Positions 31,425 through 36,019 of a stretch of DNA of 36,019 nt are shown here, piece by piece. Below the pieces are notes generated by a model. The model searched no databases, was not told the DNA's origin, and was given only the letters and a program-made list of their open reading frames with translations. The first letter of the stretch is position 1. Each line of letters opens with the position of its first letter. The position numbers and the translations under genes are program-made. The DNA comes from a virus (Duplodnaviria > Caudoviricetes): IMG/VR virus record IMGVR_UViG_3300039916_000027, positions 1 through 36,019 of that record. One strand, given 5' to 3'.

Positions 31425-34361
31425 ATGGCGCTTGCCCCACTTTCCCAAACGCTCGTTCTGACCGCGGACGCGAGCACCGTTCCCCTCGCCGAACTCGTCG
31501 AGATTCCCAGCGGAATTGTCATCGTGCCAGTGACGATCGGCGGAACGCCAGGCGCCGCGACGCAAGGCACGGCCTACAGCTTCACCCCGACGACGGCGAA
31601 CGGCAGCGGCACCAAGGCATTCGCCCTCACCGGCACGCTGCCTGCTGGTCTGACATTCTCGACCACGACTGGCTCCATCACCGGAACGCCGTCGACCGCG
31701 GGCACCACGACGGGGTTGAATATCACCGTCACTGATGCAAGCGGCATCGCCAGCCTCGGTGCATTCGCGTTGGTGGTTACGTCGAACGCAACGGTGCCCG
31801 CTGCCGTCGCCAGCTTCACCGCGACGCCCGGCAATGGGCAGGTGACGCTCGCCTGGACCGACGGCGCGACCGGCGGTTCGGCAATCACCGCCCACAAGCT
31901 TTACGCAGGCTCCGCCTCGGGTGCGACCACCCTCCTCGGCACGATCACCAGCGCATCGCCTTATATCGATACCGGGCTGACCAACGCCACGGCGCGCTTC
32001 TACCGGCTGTCGGCCGTCAACGCAGTCGGCGAAGGGCCCCTGTCGGCGGAGGTCTCGGCGACGCCGCGCGCGCCGCTCAGCATCACAGGCACGCCCGGCG
32101 CGGCGACGGTCGGCACGGCGTACACCTTCGCACCGGCGGCTTCAGGCGGGCTGGGCACGAAGACGTTCGCCCTGACCGGTACGCTGCCTGCGGGACTGAC
32201 GTTCTCGACGTCGACCGGCGCGATCAGCGGCACGCCAACGGCGGCGGGAACGACATCCGGGCTCAAGATCACCGTCACCGATCCGAACGGCGGGAACGCA
32301 TCGCTGGGGACGTTCGCGATCGTGGTGGGGGCAAATTCCGCGATCGTCGCACCCGCGCGCTACGCTGCATATTCCGACGACTTCGAAACGTCGGGCGTGC
32401 TGACGAGCCGTCCGAACTGGTCTGATCTCGGCAGCGGCCAGATCTCGCGGTGGTCGACCGGAAACGGGTTCCTCTACAACAACAACCTGTACAATTCGTA
32501 CAACGTGATCGCGTTCGGTGCCCAGGTCTCGGACTTCATCGTGACGAAGGGCTATGACTTTACGGGCACATACCCCAGCGGGATCACGGACACGAACGCT
32601 TGGGACAAGTTCCGGCAGAGCGACAAGATCTGGTATCGCGACGGCAACAACAATCTCGACGCCTCCTATGACCCCGATTCGAAGCGGTTGTCGATCGGTG
32701 GCATCATCGGCGGAACCAGCATCACGTCGATGCGGTTCGAGAACGTGCAGTATCTCCCCAAGGGGGACATCGTGTTCGTCATGCAGGCGGGCAAGCTGCG
32801 CGTGAGGCTGGACGGTAAATGGCTCCAGTCCGGCCCGAGCCTGACCTATCCATTCGACCAGATCGACCTTTCCTCAGCCGTCGGCGCGTCCGATCGCATC
32901 GGTTACTTCGGGATCGGGGCTGGGACATGGCGCTACGCGCAGGCGCAGTATCTCAGCGTCACCCCGCTCGACATCACCGTCGACTTCGTCAACGACGCCG
33001 TCGGCCGCGATGTCGTTGGCGGCACGACCGGGACCGCGGACATCCGCGGCACCTATGTCGGCACGCCTAGCCGCTGGATTTACCGCCTGCTCAGCTACGG
33101 CACCACGACGGTCGTGCAGGACTGGCGCGACATGGGGGCCGTGTCGGCATCCAACGGCGCATGGTCCGGCACGGTCTCCCTGCCGCTGGGCGGTGCCTAT
33201 GCCGTCGAGGCAGGCTACCTCGCTGCAGACGGCTCGCTCCACTCCGCCACATCGAACGCCACAATGTGCGCGATCCGCGGCACCTATTACGGGCAGAGCA
33301 ACAGCACCGGACGCGGTGGGAACAGCTATAGCCCGGCAACGACGCCCGGGCCCGTCGCTGCTCGAACTGACACAATCCAGGGCATCCCTGATGGCACCTT
33401 CGCCAACGGCAACCGGAAGTATTCCTTCCCCTCCGCCTATGAGGCCCCGCGGGTTGCATACACCGCGTCGGGCACCCCCTTCTTCATGGACATCCGTGGG
33501 GTCGCGGGTGTCGGTATCAACGCGCTGGTTCCGGGCGGCGGGGCATGGCAGACCTTCCTTGATGGCGTTGCCTGCACCCGCGGCGTGGTCGAGTTCGTCG
33601 TCTGGGACCAGGGCGAAGGCGATGCGGACGGCGCGGGCACCTTGTCTGGATATGCCGATACGTTCCGCAACAAGCTTCTGCCTGCAATGCGGACGGCGAC
33701 GGGGAACCCCGCACTCAAGGTGTTCATCAATCCGGTCGGGCGTTATGCAAGCACAACCCAGCCCGCGGCGAGCTTCAACACGGCAGCTGCGAACGACGCC
33801 AATCGCGAGATCCTGCGGCAGGCGTATCTGACGATCATCGCCAACGAGCCGAACGTGTCGTTCGCGGCCTCGAAGCTCGGCTGCATCCATACCGACAGCT
33901 ACCACTATGGCGCGCCGGGATACGTCGAGATGGGTCGGCGCGAAGGCTTCACGATTGCCAAGGCGTTCGGTGCATCGGTGCATGACGGCATTGGACCGAA
34001 GGTTACGAGCGCAACCCGCGCGGGTGCGGTAATCACCCTGGCGATAGACCTCAACGGGGCGACCGGGCTTACCGGGCCGACCAACATCGCAACCGGGACC
34101 GTGCCGACCCCGCCACTTGGCAACGCGCTCAACGGATTCCAGGTGTCGAAGGATGGGTTCGCGACCACGCTCCCGATCAGCACGTTGGCGATCTCTGGCA
34201 ACACGCTGGTCATCACGCTCGCGTCCGACCCCGGCGCGGCCGTGTCGGTCCGCAGCCATCACGGCTGGAGCTACGACGACACGAATGCCTTCTACGGCAC
34301 CTATCCCGACACCACGCCGATCCCGGTGTTTCCGACCATGACCCCGGTGGTCGCCGCCTAA
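31425..34361 (+). CDS. Multidomain Ig-like (He_PIG x2) + FN3 + SGNH/sialate-O-acetylesterase-like protein
   Basis: Two GTLPAGLTFS..TG.I.GTP repeats; FN3 VTLAWT...GLTN...YRLSAVNAVGEG; esterase blocks GQSNS (33291), WDQGEGD (33603), DSYH (33894). Confidence 0.85.
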   Translation: MALAPLSQTLVLTADASTVPLAELVEIPSGIVIVPVTIGGTPGAATQGTAYSFTPTTANGSGTKAFALTGTLPAGLTFSTTTGSITGTPSTAGTTTGLNITVTDASGIASLGAFALVVTSNATVPAAVASFTATPGNGQVTLAWTDGATGGSAITAHKLYAGSASGATTLLGTITSASPYIDTGLTNATARFYRLSAVNAVGEGPLSAEVSATPRAPLSITGTPGAATVGTAYTFAPAASGGLGTKTFALTGTLPAGLTFSTSTGAISGTPTAAGTTSGLKITVTDPNGGNASLGTFAIVVGANSAIVAPARYAAYSDDFETSGVLTSRPNWSDLGSGQISRWSTGNGFLYNNNLYNSYNVIAFGAQVSDFIVTKGYDFTGTYPSGITDTNAWDKFRQSDKIWYRDGNNNLDASYDPDSKRLSIGGIIGGTSITSMRFENVQYLPKGDIVFVMQAGKLRVRLDGKWLQSGPSLTYPFDQIDLSSAVGASDRIGYFGIGAGTWRYAQAQYLSVTPLDITVDFVNDAVGRDVVGGTTGTADIRGTYVGTPSRWIYRLLSYGTTTVVQDWRDMGAVSASNGAWSGTVSLPLGGAYAVEAGYLAADGSLHSATSNATMCAIRGTYYGQSNSTGRGGNSYSPATTPGPVAARTDTIQGIPDGTFANGNRKYSFPSAYEAPRVAYTASGTPFFMDIRGVAGVGINALVPGGGAWQTFLDGVACTRGVVEFVVWDQGEGDADGAGTLSGYADTFRNKLLPAMRTATGNPALKVFINPVGRYASTTQPAASFNTAAANDANREILRQAYLTIIANEPNVSFAASKLGCIHTDSYHYGAPGYVEMGRREGFTIAKAFGASVHDGIGPKVTSATRAGAVITLAIDLNGATGLTGPTNIATGTVPTPPLGNALNGFQVSKDGFATTLPISTLAISGNTLVITLASDPGAAVSVRSHHGWSYDDTNAFYGTYPDTTPIPVFPTMTPVVAA

Positions 34362-34390
34362 TCACCGTTTCTCTGTCCAAGGACTTCACC

Positions 34391-36019
34391 ATGAAGAAGA
34401 TGCTTTTCGCGATCGCGTTGATCGCCGCCTGCCCCGCCTTCGCGCAGGACAAGGCAACCCTCGACACCCGTGCGCTGCTCGCGGAGACGGTCACCACCGC
34501 CAAACCGCGTGCCGAGTATCTCACCGGCGCGCGCGACGCGCTGCCGGCGTTCGTGCGCGTGCTGGCGAGATACCGTCAGCTGACGGCATCCGTCGTTGCC
34601 GCGCCGGTCGCATCTGCTCCGGCCGCGTCCGCCCCGGCTGCGGCGGTCCGCAAGGCTGTTGGAATCAACCTGACCGGGCTGTCCTGGTATTCGTCTCGCC
34701 AGGCCTTCGCGAACCTCCTGCGCGGCAGCTATTGGAACATCAACTGGCAGGGGCTGGCAGATGCCGACCTGACGCCGCTGGGCTACCCAAAGACGTGGCA
34801 GCCGGGCGTTGAGTACAAGCGCATGATGGGGACGCCCACGGGCGGCTGGGTTGCGCAGACGAGCGTGGCGTGCAGCTGGGCGGGTTCGGGCAAGGTCGGC
34901 ATCGCCGGCGGGACCGAACGCAATGTCGCCAGCGGCGACCACACGCTGACGTTCGACCTGGCCGCGTGGAACGGCGCGGTGGTCAACCAGTGGATCACGG
35001 TCAACGGTGTCGACAATGCCGATCCGCTGCGTAACCTCGAGTGCCATGACGCCAAGGTCCCCGCGGTCGGCGACTTCTCAAAAGAGATCGTCGATGGCAG
35101 CAGCAAATATCAGGTCATCCGGTTCATGGACTGGAACAAGACCAACGACAATCCGACGCGCACCGCCGCCAACCGCCCCGATCCGCGATCGCTCGACAAT
35201 CCCGGCATGGCGCTTGAGAACCAGATGGCGCTCGCAAAGATTGCCGGGGCCGATCCGTGGTTCAACCACTCCTGGAACGACGACGAAAGCTACATGCGGT
35301 GGGCCGCGAAATACGCGCACGACAACCTCCCGGCCGGTCGCAAGATCTACGTCGAGCCGAGCAACGAGGTCTGGAACTGGCAGTTTGTCCAGGCTCATCT
35401 CAATCTGGACGAGGCCACCGCGCTCAAAATTAACCCGAACAACGGCTACGGGGCTTGGCAGAACTACGCCCGGCGTGCCTTGAACATGTACAAGATCTGG
35501 GAAGCCGCCTTCGCGGATAGGCCTCACGATCTCGTCCGGGTGCTCGGGACGCAATACGTCTATTTCGAGGTGACCCGTCAGGCGCTGAGCTATCCCGAGG
35601 TCGCCGCGCACGTCGATGCGGTCGCTGGCGCGCCCTACTTCGCGCACGACGGGGCCAAGCCGTTCACGGTCGACGGCGCGCGCGCGGCGATCGATAGCGC
35701 GGTGACGGCGTTCAAGGGCATGTGCGACACCGCGCGCGCCGCGGCGCCGAAGGTCCGCTGCATCACCTACGAGGGGGGGCAGCACGAACTGGTCAACGCG
35801 CAGATGCCGATGGATCAGTTCACCGCGGTCCAGCGCAGCCAGGCAATGGGGGACCTGTACAGCGAGTATCTCGCCAAGCTGTCGAAGGAAGCCGACCTGA
35901 TCGTCTTGTTCAACGACGTCGGACCGATCGGCACCGCGGGGGCGTGGGGTCAGTCAGAATATGGCGGGCAGGTCGGCGCTCCAAAGCAGGCAGCCGTGGA
36001 TGCGTTCCTGAAGCAGTAG
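34391..36019 (+). CDS. Secreted putative glycoside hydrolase (clan GH-A-like TIM barrel)
   Basis: Sec signal MKKMLFAIALIAACPAFA-QD, Ala/Pro linker, GINL, IRFMDW, YVEPSNEVWN, GAPYF, TYEGGQH. Confidence 0.72.
   Translation: MKKMLFAIALIAACPAFAQDKATLDTRALLAETVTTAKPRAEYLTGARDALPAFVRVLARYRQLTASVVAAPVASAPAASAPAAAVRKAVGINLTGLSWYSSRQAFANLLRGSYWNINWQGLADADLTPLGYPKTWQPGVEYKRMMGTPTGGWVAQTSVACSWAGSGKVGIAGGTERNVASGDHTLTFDLAAWNGAVVNQWITVNGVDNADPLRNLECHDAKVPAVGDFSKEIVDGSSKYQVIRFMDWNKTNDNPTRTAANRPDPRSLDNPGMALENQMALAKIAGADPWFNHSWNDDESYMRWAAKYAHDNLPAGRKIYVEPSNEVWNWQFVQAHLNLDEATALKINPNNGYGAWQNYARRALNMYKIWEAAFADRPHDLVRVLGTQYVYFEVTRQALSYPEVAAHVDAVAGAPYFAHDGAKPFTVDGARAAIDSAVTAFKGMCDTARAAAPKVRCITYEGGQHELVNAQMPMDQFTAVQRSQAMGDLYSEYLAKLSKEADLIVLFNDVGPIGTAGAWGQSEYGGQVGAPKQAAVDAFLKQ

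Larger units (their letters stand above)
1..36019 (+). mobile_element. Temperate siphovirus/prophage segment (HK97-type head, long non-contractile tail); boundaries lie outside the window
   Basis: Collinear replication, packaging, head, tail and lysis modules on one strand with many ATGA/TGATG overlaps; no integrase or att site in the window. Confidence 0.95.

Noticed and set aside
35773-35779. G7 homopolymer at the putative catalytic YEGG codons as a phase-variation site
   Set aside because: Short run in GC-rich DNA; a similar G7 occurs in the terminase (9212-9218); the frame is intact
1-36019. CRISPR array, IS element, integrase or att sites
   Set aside because: No spaced repeats, transposase or recombinase motifs observed

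Overview
The window is almost entirely one GC-rich temperate siphovirus or prophage segment, with every credible gene on the + strand. The host is probably an alphaproteobacterium, likely Sphingomonas-like; this is inferred from the GapR homolog, the GTA-like tail genes and the high GC. Gene order: (1) 1-5165, end of the early/replication region, with an N4/N6 DNA methyltransferase, a GapR/DUF2312 protein, a replication initiator and its partner, a cupin, a Zn-ribbon protein and a putative late regulator. (2) 5197-6950, a lower-GC membrane-protein moron, a pR'-like promoter, a highly structured leader and a 492-bp direct-repeat-flanked module. (3) 6952-13791, HNH nuclease, probable cos site, terminase, HK97-type portal, ClpP-type protease and major capsid protein. 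(4) 13849-28150, head-tail joining genes, tail tube, chaperones with a candidate -1 frameshift, a tape measure carrying an M15/LAS peptidase domain, and a tail tip with duplicated carbohydrate-binding-like modules. (5) 28153-30720, lysis cassette with several membrane proteins, a GH24 lysozyme and overlapped spanins. (6) 30748-36019, a post-lysis cassette with a fibre-adaptor-like protein, an Ig/FN3-stalked SGNH O-acetylesterase and a signal-peptide-bearing clan GH-A-like glycoside hydrolase. The best candidates for something undescribed are this polysaccharide-remodelling cassette, the structured late leader with its anti-RBS element, and a shared 'PRAI' motif in the N-terminal extensions of portal, protease and capsid. 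No integrase, att site, tRNA or CRISPR array is visible. All family calls come from motif recognition by eye, not database searches.
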